Part shown: positions 1 through 8,758 of the stretch, in pieces
Layout of the letters: each line of letters begins with the position of its first letter
How positions within the stretch are numbered: position 1 is the first letter of the stretch
Assembly (NCBI GenBank): GCA_038874215.1
Contig: JAVZCV010000009.1
Span: 1-36,760, forward strand
Source of the DNA: Candidatus Micrarchaeia archaeon
GTDB lineage: Archaea; Micrarchaeota; Micrarchaeia; Burarchaeales; JAVZCV01
Direction of reading: 5' to 3'
Length of the DNA stretch: 36,760 nucleotides
Translations under genes and position numbers: made by a program
The notes under the pieces: generated by a model
Seen by the model: only the letters and a program-made list of their open reading frames with translations
What the model was told of the DNA's origin: nothing
Databases searched by the model: none

Positions 1-1
1 T

Positions 2-592
2 ATGATAGAGGCAGGCATGGATGTTGATGCGAAAAAAGCATACAGGGTGCTCATGCAAGTTATAAAGAAATACGGTTCAAATTACCCAAGACATTTCAAC
101 ATGATGTTGAAGGCTCTTGGGAAAAAAGAAGATGCGAAAATAATCGCCGCGGGAATAGTTGCGTACCACAACACGAAAGCATCGATAATGCCCTATCCCG
201 AAGTTCCGCGGACGCTTGTCAATCTGCGAGATAAAGGATACATTCTCTGCATCGCATCAGAAGGAAATGCGATAAAGCAATGGGACAAGATAATACGGCT
301 TGGGCTTAGCCATATATTTCACAGGTTTTTTGTTTCCGATGAGATAGGGGCGGAAAAGTCGCTAGAGTTTTACAGGAGGATAGCAATGGAGCTTGGATTA
401 GAACCAGGGCAGATAGCAGTTGTGGGGGACAAAATTGACAGGGACGTAAGACCAGCAGAAGCGATAGGCATGAAGGCTATTCTTTTTGATCCTGAGAAAA
501 AATTTCGGTATAAAAGACGGATTTGCAACATTAAGGAACTTCAGGGTATTTTTGTAGGGAGGGAAGTCTATGGTGGATGTAGAAAAGTATGA
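2..592 (+). CDS. HAD-superfamily hydrolase (archaeal TIGR02253-like), 5' truncated by the window edge
   Basis: Later HAD motifs are visible (IASEG, K, VVGDKIDRDV). The N-terminal DxD motif is missing, so the true start lies upstream. Confidence 0.8.
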   Translation: MIEAGMDVDAKKAYRVLMQVIKKYGSNYPRHFNMMLKALGKKEDAKIIAAGIVAYHNTKASIMPYPEVPRTLVNLRDKGYILCIASEGNAIKQWDKIIRLGLSHIFHRFFVSDEIGAEKSLEFYRRIAMELGLEPGQIAVVGDKIDRDVRPAEAIGMKAILFDPEKKFRYKRRICNIKELQGIFVGREVYGGCRKV

Positions 593-1463
593 GAAAGCAG
601 GCAGGATTGCTGCACGAACCCGTGAAATTGCAAAAAGCATTGCGAAGCCAGGCGTAAAAATTCTTGATGTTGCCGAGGAAGTTGAGAAAGCGATAAGAGA
701 GGAGGGAGCACAGCCAGCTTTTCCCGTTAACATTTCTATAAACGAAATCGCAGCCCATTATACTCCAGAATTCGGGGACGAGAGAACGATCTCTGATAAG
801 GATGTAGTTAAGATAGATGTTGGGGCGCATGTAGATGGATGCATAGGAGACACGGCGATTACATTGGACTTCAGCGGAAATTACGGAAAACTTGTTGAAG
901 CAAGCGAGAGGGCGCTTGAAGCGGCGATAGAATGCATAAAGCCAGGTGTAAAAACAAGCGAGGTAGGCGCTATTGTTGAGGAGACCGTGAGGGAAATGGG
1001 CTTCAAGACTATAGAAAATCTGACAGGGCATGGGCTTGGTGAATATAAACTGCACTCAGGAATGGAGATACCAAACATAAGGACGCAGCACTATAAGGAG
1101 ATAAAGGAGGGGGACATAATAGCAATAGAACCATTCGCCACAGACGGGGCAGGGCGGGTATGCGATGGCAGTGTTGTTGAGATATTTGAATTCGTAGAGC
1201 AGAAACCGGTCAGGATGCGCCAGTCAAGGATAGTCCAGAATTTTATAAAAGAGAATTACCCTAAACTTCCGTTTGCTGAAAGATGGCTTCGTTATGAATT
1301 CAAATCAAAGCTTCTTCTACAAAGCGCACTGCGAGAACTCGTTGCGTTCGGCGTGGTGAAACAGTACCCTATTCTTAAAGAAGCCGAGGGAGGGATAGTT
1401 GCACAAGCAGAGCACACCATCATAGTTGAAAGGGATGGGGCGCGTGTCCTGACTGTGATTTAA
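570..1463 (+). CDS. map: Methionine aminopeptidase, type II
   Basis: AFPVNISINEIAAHYTP, KIDVGAHVDG-IGD, LTGH, AIEPFAT, AQAEHT and the type II helical insert. Confidence 0.97.
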   Translation: MVDVEKYEKAGRIAARTREIAKSIAKPGVKILDVAEEVEKAIREEGAQPAFPVNISINEIAAHYTPEFGDERTISDKDVVKIDVGAHVDGCIGDTAITLDFSGNYGKLVEASERALEAAIECIKPGVKTSEVGAIVEETVREMGFKTIENLTGHGLGEYKLHSGMEIPNIRTQHYKEIKEGDIIAIEPFATDGAGRVCDGSVVEIFEFVEQKPVRMRQSRIVQNFIKENYPKLPFAERWLRYEFKSKLLLQSALRELVAFGVVKQYPILKEAEGGIVAQAEHTIIVERDGARVLTVI

Positions 1464-2173
1464 TGGATAAGTTCCGGAAGGCGTTTCTTGTTTTCGTTGT
1501 TTTGGCTTTTTTGGGCGCATTCGTAAAATTCGTAATGATTGTGCCAGGGGAGAAAAAAGGTGAAGAAGCGAGGGTGGAAGGTAAAGTTATTCTACCGCGG
1601 GTTAATTACGAGGGCATTAGCGTTGAAAAGGCTATCAGCAGCAGGCGCTCGGTGCGAGATTTTGCTGATGAGAACATGACGATTGAAGACTTATCGCTTC
1701 TGCTTTTTGCTGGCCAGGGAATAACGGATGAGAAAGGGCATAGAACCGCACCTTCAGCAGGCGCACTCTATCCTGTGACCCTTTATGTCCATGTGAATAG
1801 GGTTTCTGGCTTAAAAAAAGGGCTCTACTACTATTCACCCAACGAGGAAGCCCTCATACCAATCCGCTATGGAGATTTTTCAGGGCAAATAGTGGAAGCA
1901 TGCGTGGGGCAAAGATGGGTTGGTGAAAGCGCTGCGAGCATAATTGTTGTTGCAGATTTTGGCATTACGAGGGAGAAATACGGAGAACGCGGGGACGATT
2001 ATGTGTATATGGAAGCAGGACATATAGGGCAGAACGTGTTGCTTGAGGCTGTTTCGCTCGGTCTTGGCGGGGTTCCTGTGGGTGGTTTTGATAGGAGGAG
2101 GATGGGGGAACTTCTGGGGCTTGATGATAAAAAGACACCTGTATATGTATTAAGCATAGGAAAAAAGAGATAG
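1463..2173 (+). CDS. SagB/ThcOx-type nitroreductase-family flavoprotein with an N-terminal membrane anchor
   Basis: RRSVRDF, RTAPSAGALYP, KYGERG and EAGHIGQN motifs; hydrophobic stretch at aa 7-27. Confidence 0.88.
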   Translation: MDKFRKAFLVFVVLAFLGAFVKFVMIVPGEKKGEEARVEGKVILPRVNYEGISVEKAISSRRSVRDFADENMTIEDLSLLLFAGQGITDEKGHRTAPSAGALYPVTLYVHVNRVSGLKKGLYYYSPNEEALIPIRYGDFSGQIVEACVGQRWVGESAASIIVVADFGITREKYGERGDDYVYMEAGHIGQNVLLEAVSLGLGGVPVGGFDRRRMGELLGLDDKKTPVYVLSIGKKR

Positions 2174-2303
2174 GGCCCGTGGCGCAACGGATAGCGCGAC
2201 TGGCTTCGGGCATTTCATGCATTTTGGCATGGATGGGCGAAACCAGTAGGTTGCGGGTTCGAACTTTGCTGGTAATCCCAGAACGAAAATCCCGTCGGGC
2301 CCG
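2173..2303 (+). tRNA. tRNA-Arg(UCG) with two introns (37/38: 2210-2241; 59/60: 2264-2289); CCA not encoded
   Basis: Acceptor GGGCCCG/CGGGCCC; D stem GCGC/GCGC; anticodon stem ACTGG/CCAGT with TCG at 2206-2208; T arm GCGGG-TTCGAA|T-CCCGT; A20 Arg identity base. Both inserts fold into bulge-helix-bulge motifs. Confidence 0.93.
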
Positions 2304-2360
2304 TTAAAAAGTTTTAAATATCTTGGATGCGTAATTGTTGTTGTGTCGTTTGGTGGTTTT

Positions 2361-2885
2361 ATGATGATAAATGTGAACAAACAGAGTGGGGTGGGGAGAA
2401 GTGGACGGGGAGGAAGCAGCATTCCTCCAAGAATAGATAGGTTCGCGATGCCACGAAACGATTCCGAAAATGCGTTTTTAGGGCTTTTGCAGTTTTTGGG
2501 ATATTCTGATACTGGGTCGGCTTTTCTTTTGCGAATTGCCCAGAGGCTCGCTGATGAGGTAGGAATGAGGATTGAGGCCCAGAAATGTGGCGTGGATGGG
2601 AGTTCATCGCGTGCATGTGCAGTTTTATATGTGGATGTTGAACTTCCTAGAAAAAATGAGGATAGTCCGAGAAGGACGATTTCTGCCCCGGCCCTCTCGC
2701 TATCTATTACTAAGGAGGCTGTCACTTTCTTGGCGATTAGTGACTCTCAGGTATCTGCACAGCTGGATAGAGCTCTTCGCGTTTTGAAGGCGGAAATGCC
2801 GATGAAGGAAGAACCTAAGCCAGGATACGAGGTAAGGATGACCATGCCGAAAGAGGGATTAGAGAAAATAGTATTAGGTATTTAA
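2361..2885 (+). CDS. Hypothetical protein
   Basis: Open frame with an SD-like GGTGG before ATG 2361 and a TTTTAAAT TATA-like element at ~2312. No recognisable motif. Confidence 0.6.
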   Translation: MMINVNKQSGVGRSGRGGSSIPPRIDRFAMPRNDSENAFLGLLQFLGYSDTGSAFLLRIAQRLADEVGMRIEAQKCGVDGSSSRACAVLYVDVELPRKNEDSPRRTISAPALSLSITKEAVTFLAISDSQVSAQLDRALRVLKAEMPMKEEPKPGYEVRMTMPKEGLEKIVLGI

Positions 2886-2907
2886 AGCTCTTTTCCAATT
2901 TTTTCTT

Positions 2908-3579
2908 ATGGAAAATAAAAAGCGCACTCTACTTCTCATAACGCTTAATGAAGCGACCGGCCTTAACTGTGTATATGATAAAATGCCGATTGAACTTTTT
3001 GACGAAGTGATATGCGTTGATGGGGGGTCTACTGATGGAACTGTTGAATTTCTTGAAGAGAAGGGCGTACGCGTGGTAAGGCAGAGTGGTGCGGGACGGG
3101 GATGTGCGATAATGGAGGGGATTGGGCTTGCAAATGGGGAGACCATAGTTGTTTTCAGCCCAGATGGAAACGAGGACCCGTCTGATATAGGGAAGCTTGT
3201 TGAAGTTTTGGAGGCGGGATATGATCTGGTTATTGCTTCGCGTTTTTGTAAAGGAAGCAGAAGCGATGATGCGGGCATCGTGCATGGGTTTGGGAACAGG
3301 ATGTTCACGAAAATTGTAAATATAATTTGGGGCTCGAACCTCACAGACATCATCAATGGCTTTAGGGCTTTCAGAAAATCTCGGATTGTGCCCCTACAAC
3401 TTAATGCGAGGTTCTTCGCTTTGGAAACAGAAATGACGATAAAGGCGATCAAGAGGGGTTACAAAATAGTGGAAATACCCACATACGAAATGAGAAGGAT
3501 TGGGGGAAGATCAAAACTAAACACTGTAAAGGGTGGCCTTGAGGTTCTAGGTGTCATTCTTAGAGAACTCATTTCGTAA
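2908..3579 (+). CDS. Glycosyltransferase family 2 (DPM1-like)
   Basis: TLNEA, VDGGSTDGT, GRG-A, PDG, ASRF, TD-INGFRAFR, GGRSKL. Confidence 0.9.
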   Translation: MENKKRTLLLITLNEATGLNCVYDKMPIELFDEVICVDGGSTDGTVEFLEEKGVRVVRQSGAGRGCAIMEGIGLANGETIVVFSPDGNEDPSDIGKLVEVLEAGYDLVIASRFCKGSRSDDAGIVHGFGNRMFTKIVNIIWGSNLTDIINGFRAFRKSRIVPLQLNARFFALETEMTIKAIKRGYKIVEIPTYEMRRIGGRSKLNTVKGGLEVLGVILRELIS

Positions 3580-4479
3580 TCAGGCGTTTCCCATCCTGCT
3601 TCTTTCTTTTACCAGTTTTAGGAATTCCTTTGCACTTCCTATCTCTCGTAGTTCTGAGCGTGATACGACGGCAACGCCCCCTATCTCCTTCCTCTTATCG
3701 CTCTTTAGCATAAAACATGAAAGCAGGTTTAGAACCCTGGATATGCCTGTATAAATTCCAACACGCTTCATCTGGGTGCGCATGTCTGCGTCCTTGCCGA
3801 TTGCTACGATTTCCCCTTTTTTTGCGAATGCATCAAAAGGCGCTGAATTCGTGGATATTGTCTGAAAGCCTAAGGAGGCGAGCAGCCTCTCGCTATTTGT
3901 AGAGAATTCCTTCTCTGGCACGCAGAGGCCAACGGGTTTTCGTATGTTCTCCTGTATTATTTTCTCTATTTTATTCACGTTCTCCAATGTCGCATATGTA
4001 AGGGAGTGCTCATACCTGAATATGGTATCTTTTGATATTCCTGTAAGATCGGAGAGTTCGCTCAGGCTGATTTTGTTCCTTTTTCTCCACGCAGAAATCT
4101 TCTCCCCATTTATACACACGAGCGACTTTTTGAATTTCATCACTCTTGGAAGATTTTCAGACAGTATATCAACAAAGGTGTTGAGGTTTGCTGTGGGAAC
4201 GCCATATCTTTCATAAAGAACACCGTCTTTGAGCATGAATTCTTTGCTTCTCTCTCCGATAAGCATGCCGTACGCAGATATTAGCGAAGCTATTGCGCAC
4301 ATATCTTTTGCTTGCCTGTTTGTAAATCCATCTATGTTGTAAAGAACTTTCAATAATAGTGTTGCGTTTTCTCTTCGCGCCACTATATCAAAGCAACCAC
4401 GAACCGCTGAGCATTGAAAATGATAAAAGCCATGCTCTGAAAGGGTAGCCTCAACGCAATCCAGAAGCCTCGCTCTCAT
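3580..4479 (-). CDS. Conserved archaeal HTH transcriptional regulator (COG1395-like)
   Basis: CFDIVARR-LLLKVL-NID, GVLYERYG, central Cro/C1-type HTH, APFDAFA. Confidence 0.85.
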   Translation of the reverse strand: MRARLLDCVEATLSEHGFYHFQCSAVRGCFDIVARRENATLLLKVLYNIDGFTNRQAKDMCAIASLISAYGMLIGERSKEFMLKDGVLYERYGVPTANLNTFVDILSENLPRVMKFKKSLVCINGEKISAWRKRNKISLSELSDLTGISKDTIFRYEHSLTYATLENVNKIEKIIQENIRKPVGLCVPEKEFSTNSERLLASLGFQTISTNSAPFDAFAKKGEIVAIGKDADMRTQMKRVGIYTGISRVLNLLSCFMLKSDKRKEIGGVAVVSRSELREIGSAKEFLKLVKERSRMGNA

Positions 4480-4516
4480 GAAATTATTTTAGATGTGTGA
4501 TTAAAATTTTTTCTGT

Positions 4517-4774
4517 CTATTCTTCACTAACTTTATATACGGTGTCTCCCTCTCTTACCCTATCTACAACCTTCAGCCCTATCGACTGCCCAGCCGACGC
4601 AGAATCAACTGAGGCATGCTCAATCTGCATTGATTCCACGCTTTGCTCAAGGAATGTGGTTGCACCTTCTATGCTTATCTTATCCCCTTTTTTTAGCTCT
4701 CCACTCAGCTCAACAACAGCGACGCTTATCTTTGGAAAAAAGTGCTTTATTCTTCCGATTGGTTTTTTTTCCAT
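4517..4774 (-). CDS. Small beta-barrel protein (translation-elongation-factor-like / U32 C-terminal-like)
   Basis: IG-IKHFFPKISVAVVEL-GELKKGD-I-I-G, Q-VESMQIEH, GQSIGLKV, VREGD-VY. Start reassigned to ATG 4774. Confidence 0.8.
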   Translation of the reverse strand: MEKKPIGRIKHFFPKISVAVVELSGELKKGDKISIEGATTFLEQSVESMQIEHASVDSASAGQSIGLKVVDRVREGDTVYKVSEE

Positions 4775-4845
4775 ATTAACACCAAATAGATTAACCGTTT
4801 GGGTTTTATAATAGTGTGCCTTGCTGCATGTTATATGGGAGTGTA

Positions 4846-5571
4846 ATGTACTATTTCGGTTGCTCGGGATGGTACTACTGGCACTGGAGCGGCAGATTTT
4901 ATCCAGCAGAGCTAAAACCATACGAATGGCTTGAACACTATGCGAAAAATTTTAACACCGTTGAGGTAAACAGCACGTTTTACCATCCAGTTAAGAGGAG
5001 TATGCTTTTAGGCTGGAAGCGAAGGGTTGGTAGGGGTTTTGTTTTTACTCTTAAGGCTGACAGGAGGATAACGCACGTCCATAAGTTCAAAGGAACAGAG
5101 GGGCTTATCTCTTCCTTTGTTGAGAATGCGGATGTTCTTGATAAAAACCTTGGCTGCATTCTTTTTCAGCTGCCGCCAAGTGCAAAGAAAAATGAGGAGA
5201 TGCTTGGGCGGATTGTGAAGCAAATCGGCGGGATAAAAAAAGCTGTTTTGGAATTCAGGCACAAAAGTTGGTACTGCAATGAAACGTACAAGGCCCTAAG
5301 GGATGCAGGCATAACCATGTGCATAGCGAGCGCTCCCGAAGAGCTTGGTCTGCCTGAGGAGATAGTGCTCACGAGTGAGGACGCATACATACGCTTTCAT
5401 GGGAAAGGCAGATGGTACTCATATGATTATAGCGAGGAAGAGTTGCGCAGATGGGCAGATGAAATAAAAAAATGCGGAGCAAGGAACGTTTATGCGTATT
5501 TCAACAACGATAGCAACGCATATGCGGTCAAAAACTGTAAAAGGTTATTAAAACTCGTTGGGCAGCGCTAA
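4846..5571 (+). CDS. DUF72 family protein
   Basis: GCSGW-Y-HW-G-FYP, FNTVEVNSTFY, LFQLPPS, EFRH-SW, YIRFHG, YFNND. Confidence 0.93.
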   Translation: MYYFGCSGWYYWHWSGRFYPAELKPYEWLEHYAKNFNTVEVNSTFYHPVKRSMLLGWKRRVGRGFVFTLKADRRITHVHKFKGTEGLISSFVENADVLDKNLGCILFQLPPSAKKNEEMLGRIVKQIGGIKKAVLEFRHKSWYCNETYKALRDAGITMCIASAPEELGLPEEIVLTSEDAYIRFHGKGRWYSYDYSEEELRRWADEIKKCGARNVYAYFNNDSNAYAVKNCKRLLKLVGQR

Positions 5572-7265
5572 AAACCGAGCCTTTTCTTTAACTCTTGGTA
5601 AGGAAGCGAGTTGAGTATGTGCCTTTTCTCAGCCCATGCCCTGCGCGCCATGTATACTCCAAACACGATATTCTCCATCTCAACAGCGCTGTGCGCATCA
5701 GAGCAGATTGTGAGCAAAGCTCCGTGTTGCAACGCCTCTCTTGCCAGAGCATCGTTCAGGTCAAGCCTGTCTGGGCAGGAATTGATCTCCAGTATTTTTC
5801 CTTTTTCAGATGCGAGGCTGAATATCCTGCCGAAATCAAGAGGCATCTTTTCTCTAACTCCGAATTTTCTTCCACTCGGATGGGCGATTATGTGTATATC
5901 GTCGTTGTTTATCGCACGTTCTATTCTCTCATTGAGTTTATTGCTTTCCATCTCAAACCCATAATGCACTGCGCCTATAACAAAGTCAAAAAGTGAGAGA
6001 ACGCTTTTGGATATCTCTGGCATGCCGTCTGAACCGATGTCAACCTCTGCTCCGCATAAGAGCTTCACTCGTGTTTCCGTGCTTCTTATTTTCTCAACGT
6101 ATGCTTTTGCGTCTTCCTCCCCCAGCGCATTGGGCGTTTTCTTCTTTTTTATATGCTCTGTTATGCCTATGTATTCGTAGCCCATTTTTTGTCCTTTTTC
6201 TGCAAGCATTCGCACGTCGTCGCTGCCATCACTCATGACTGTATGCATGTGAAGGTCTCCTTGTATATCGCCCTGTTCAACGAGCTTAGGCAGTTTTCTT
6301 TCAATTGCAAGTGATATTTCGCCTTTGTTCTCGCGTATCTCGGGTGGTATATACTCTATTCCGAGCAAATTGTAAACTTCCTCCTCAGTATTGCCTCCTA
6401 TTTTTTCATCGCCCCTAAAAACCCCGTATTCATTGAGCTTGAAGCCCTTTGAGTGAGCAAGCTTCCTAAGTTCTATGTTGTGCTCCTTTGAACCCGTAAA
6501 GTACATGAGGGCAGAGCCGAACGAACCTTGTTCAACAACACGAAGGTCGGCGTTCATGCCCGATTTGAGCAAGACGGAGCTTTTTGTCTGCCCTTTACCT
6601 ATGATATTCATCACTTCGGGAAATGAAACGAACGCTTCCATGATTTTTTCTGGGTTTTCTGAGACTGCCAGTATGTCTATATCGCCTACCGTTTCCTTGC
6701 GCCTTCTTATGGAGCCAGCAAGCTCAACGATGCTCGCATAACCAGTTGATTTTAGGTATGATGCAAGCTTGTCTGCCTCCCTTAGCGCATGCGGAAGTGG
6801 CTTTCTTTTCTGCGCAGACTCAAAAAGCGCTATTCCCTCAAGTATCTTCTCCTCAGAACGCTCCTTGAAACCCGGGAGCCCAGATATCCTGTGCTCAAGC
6901 GCTGCCTTCTTCAAATCCTCTATGCTTTTAACCCCAAGCTTTTCGTATAGCACTTTAAGTTTTTTTGGCCCGAGGCTCGGCACCGATGTGAGAGCATAAA
7001 CATCAACAGGAAAATCCTTCTTTAGCCTCTCGTAGTATTCAAGCTTCCCAGTATCAAGAAGCTCGTTTATCTTTTTGGCGATCGCTTCCCCTATTCCTGG
7101 CAGTTCTTCAAGCTTCTGCTTTCTGCGCAACTCTGAAAGCTCTTCTGGAAGGGACTGGATGAGGCGGGCGGCTCTTCTGTAAGCCTCGGGCTTCCACTTA
7201 ACATCCTGCATTTCAAGAATATCTGCTATCTCAAAAAAAATTCGCGCTATTTCTTCGTTGTTCAT
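5568..7265 (-). CDS. polX: DNA polymerase X with a C-terminal PHP domain
   Basis: AYRRAA, LPGIG HhH, GSIRR-KETVGDIDIL (catalytic DxD), ADLR, YFTGSKEHN; PHP motifs GDLHMHT, IAHP, SDAH. Confidence 0.96.
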   Translation of the reverse strand: MNNEEIARIFFEIADILEMQDVKWKPEAYRRAARLIQSLPEELSELRRKQKLEELPGIGEAIAKKINELLDTGKLEYYERLKKDFPVDVYALTSVPSLGPKKLKVLYEKLGVKSIEDLKKAALEHRISGLPGFKERSEEKILEGIALFESAQKRKPLPHALREADKLASYLKSTGYASIVELAGSIRRRKETVGDIDILAVSENPEKIMEAFVSFPEVMNIIGKGQTKSSVLLKSGMNADLRVVEQGSFGSALMYFTGSKEHNIELRKLAHSKGFKLNEYGVFRGDEKIGGNTEEEVYNLLGIEYIPPEIRENKGEISLAIERKLPKLVEQGDIQGDLHMHTVMSDGSDDVRMLAEKGQKMGYEYIGITEHIKKKKTPNALGEEDAKAYVEKIRSTETRVKLLCGAEVDIGSDGMPEISKSVLSLFDFVIGAVHYGFEMESNKLNERIERAINNDDIHIIAHPSGRKFGVREKMPLDFGRIFSLASEKGKILEINSCPDRLDLNDALAREALQHGALLTICSDAHSAVEMENIVFGVYMARRAWAEKRHILNSLPYQELKKRLGF

Positions 7266-7273
7266 AAAAACAC

Positions 7274-7294
7274 AATATAAACTTTATTATATAA
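7274..7294. promoter_or_regulatory. Interdigitated divergent TATA elements for thiM (+) and polX (-)
   Basis: AATATAAA (7274-7281) and TTATATAA (7287-7294) each lie about 25 nt from the respective ATG, within a 37-nt intergenic gap. Confidence 0.5.
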
Positions 7295-7302
7295 TTAGAT
7301 TT

Positions 7303-8103
7303 ATGCGTGCCGATTTGGGCAATGTGCTCAGCAGAGTTAGGGAGAAAAAGCCGCTCATTCACCACATAACGAATTGGGTTACTATATACGATGCAGCAGC
7401 GCTTACGCGCGCATTTGGGGCTCTTCCTGTAATGGCGCATGCGGTTGAAGAATCTGCAGATATGACGGCTATATCTGACGCCCTCGTTCTTAATATAGGC
7501 ACGCTTACCTCGCCTGTTTTTGAGGCTATGCTGAAATCCGCGAATGCAGCGAAAAAGAAGGGGATACCAATTGTTCTTGATGCTGTTGGTGCTGGCGCAA
7601 CGAAATTTAGGACTGAAAAGTCGCTGAAACTGCTTTCATGCGGTGTTGATGTCGTCAAGGGAAATGCAGGGGAGATAGCAAGCCTGTGCGGCTATAAAGC
7701 GAAGGTAAGGGGAGTGGAGTCTGTGCATGCAGACAGCCCGATTGAGGCTGCTTTCAAACTCGCTGGAAAATATCGTTGCGTTGTTGTGATAACTGGAAGG
7801 GAAGATGTAGTAGTTGGCAGTGAAGGAATGTACATCGTTAAGAACGGGCATGAAATGATGGGCAGGGTTGTTGGGACTGGTTGCATGGCTGCTTCGTCAA
7901 TAGGAGTTTTCGCTGCGGTTGAAAAAGATTTGTTAAAGGCATGTGCATATGCCCTTTCATGCTTCTGCATAGCTGGGGAATTGGCTGCAAAAAAAAGCAG
8001 TGGGCCCATGGAGTTCAAGAACCGCATTATAGACGAAGTTTATAGGCTTGATGGGAGAAAAGCTGGAAGAATGGCAAAAATAGAGTGGCAGGAGAGGGAA
8101 TGA
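7303..8103 (+). CDS. thiM: Hydroxyethylthiazole kinase
   Basis: PLIHHITNWVT, GALPVMA, NIGTL, LDAVGAGA, KGNAGEI, VVGTGCM. Confidence 0.96.
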   Translation: MRADLGNVLSRVREKKPLIHHITNWVTIYDAAALTRAFGALPVMAHAVEESADMTAISDALVLNIGTLTSPVFEAMLKSANAAKKKGIPIVLDAVGAGATKFRTEKSLKLLSCGVDVVKGNAGEIASLCGYKAKVRGVESVHADSPIEAAFKLAGKYRCVVVITGREDVVVGSEGMYIVKNGHEMMGRVVGTGCMAASSIGVFAAVEKDLLKACAYALSCFCIAGELAAKKSSGPMEFKNRIIDEVYRLDGRKAGRMAKIEWQERE

Positions 8104-8726
8104 TGCCTGATTTTGATTTTTACTTCATAACATGCAGAGAACTGTCAAGAAAAAACGATGTGGAGGATGTTAGGGCAGCTTTGAGAGCAGGTGTAAAAAT
8201 AGTCCAGTACAGGGAAAAAGCACTGCCCACAAAAGAGATGGTTATGACTGCCAAAAAGATAAAAGAGCTCTGTGATGAGAGCGGTGCTCTTCTCATAATA
8301 AATGACAGGGTTGATGTAGCCCTTGCAGTGGATGCTGACGGTGTTCATATCGGTGCAGATGACATGCCATATGAAAACGCGCGCGCGATTCTGGGGAAAA
8401 AAATAATAGGGCTTTCTGCAAGGAATTTGGAGGAAGCATTGTATGCGCAGCGTGTTGGTGCCGACTATATTGGATTTGGGCCTATTTTTGAAACAAAAAC
8501 GAAAAAGGATGCTTCTGCGGCGCAGGGTTTAAAAGCTTTGAGAAAGGTTTTGAAAAGTGCTTCTGTGCCTGTTGTTGCGATAGGCGGCATAACTTTGGAG
8601 AACGTAAGAGAAGTGGTGGAGGCGGGTGCGAGGCACGTTGCGGCGATATCCGCCACTGTCGGAAGCGATGACGTTGAGGCTGCGGTTCTCTCTTTCAGGA
8701 GAATAATTGCAGAATACCGTTATTGA
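8100..8726 (+). CDS. thiE: Thiamine-phosphate synthase (bacterial-type ThiE)
   Basis: QYREK, INDRVDVA, DGVHIG-DD, GPIF-T-TK, AIGGI; ATGA overlap with thiM. Confidence 0.95.
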   Translation: MMPDFDFYFITCRELSRKNDVEDVRAALRAGVKIVQYREKALPTKEMVMTAKKIKELCDESGALLIINDRVDVALAVDADGVHIGADDMPYENARAILGKKIIGLSARNLEEALYAQRVGADYIGFGPIFETKTKKDASAAQGLKALRKVLKSASVPVVAIGGITLENVREVVEAGARHVAAISATVGSDDVEAAVLSFRRIIAEYRY

Positions 8727-8758
8727 AGAAGCCTCCAAATGGATACAATAGCCGAGCA

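Noticed and set aside
1463-2173. SagB-like gene as part of a RiPP (azole) cluster
   Set aside because: No YcaO, precursor peptide or transporter nearby; standalone SagB-type flavoproteins are common in archaea.
2150-2725. 191-aa minus-strand ORF across the tRNA
   Set aside because: Antisense to the tRNA and to a better-supported ORF; no motif.
2304-3579. Integrated element at the tRNA 3' end
   Set aside because: No integrase, and I saw no duplicated tRNA 3' end (att site) in the window.
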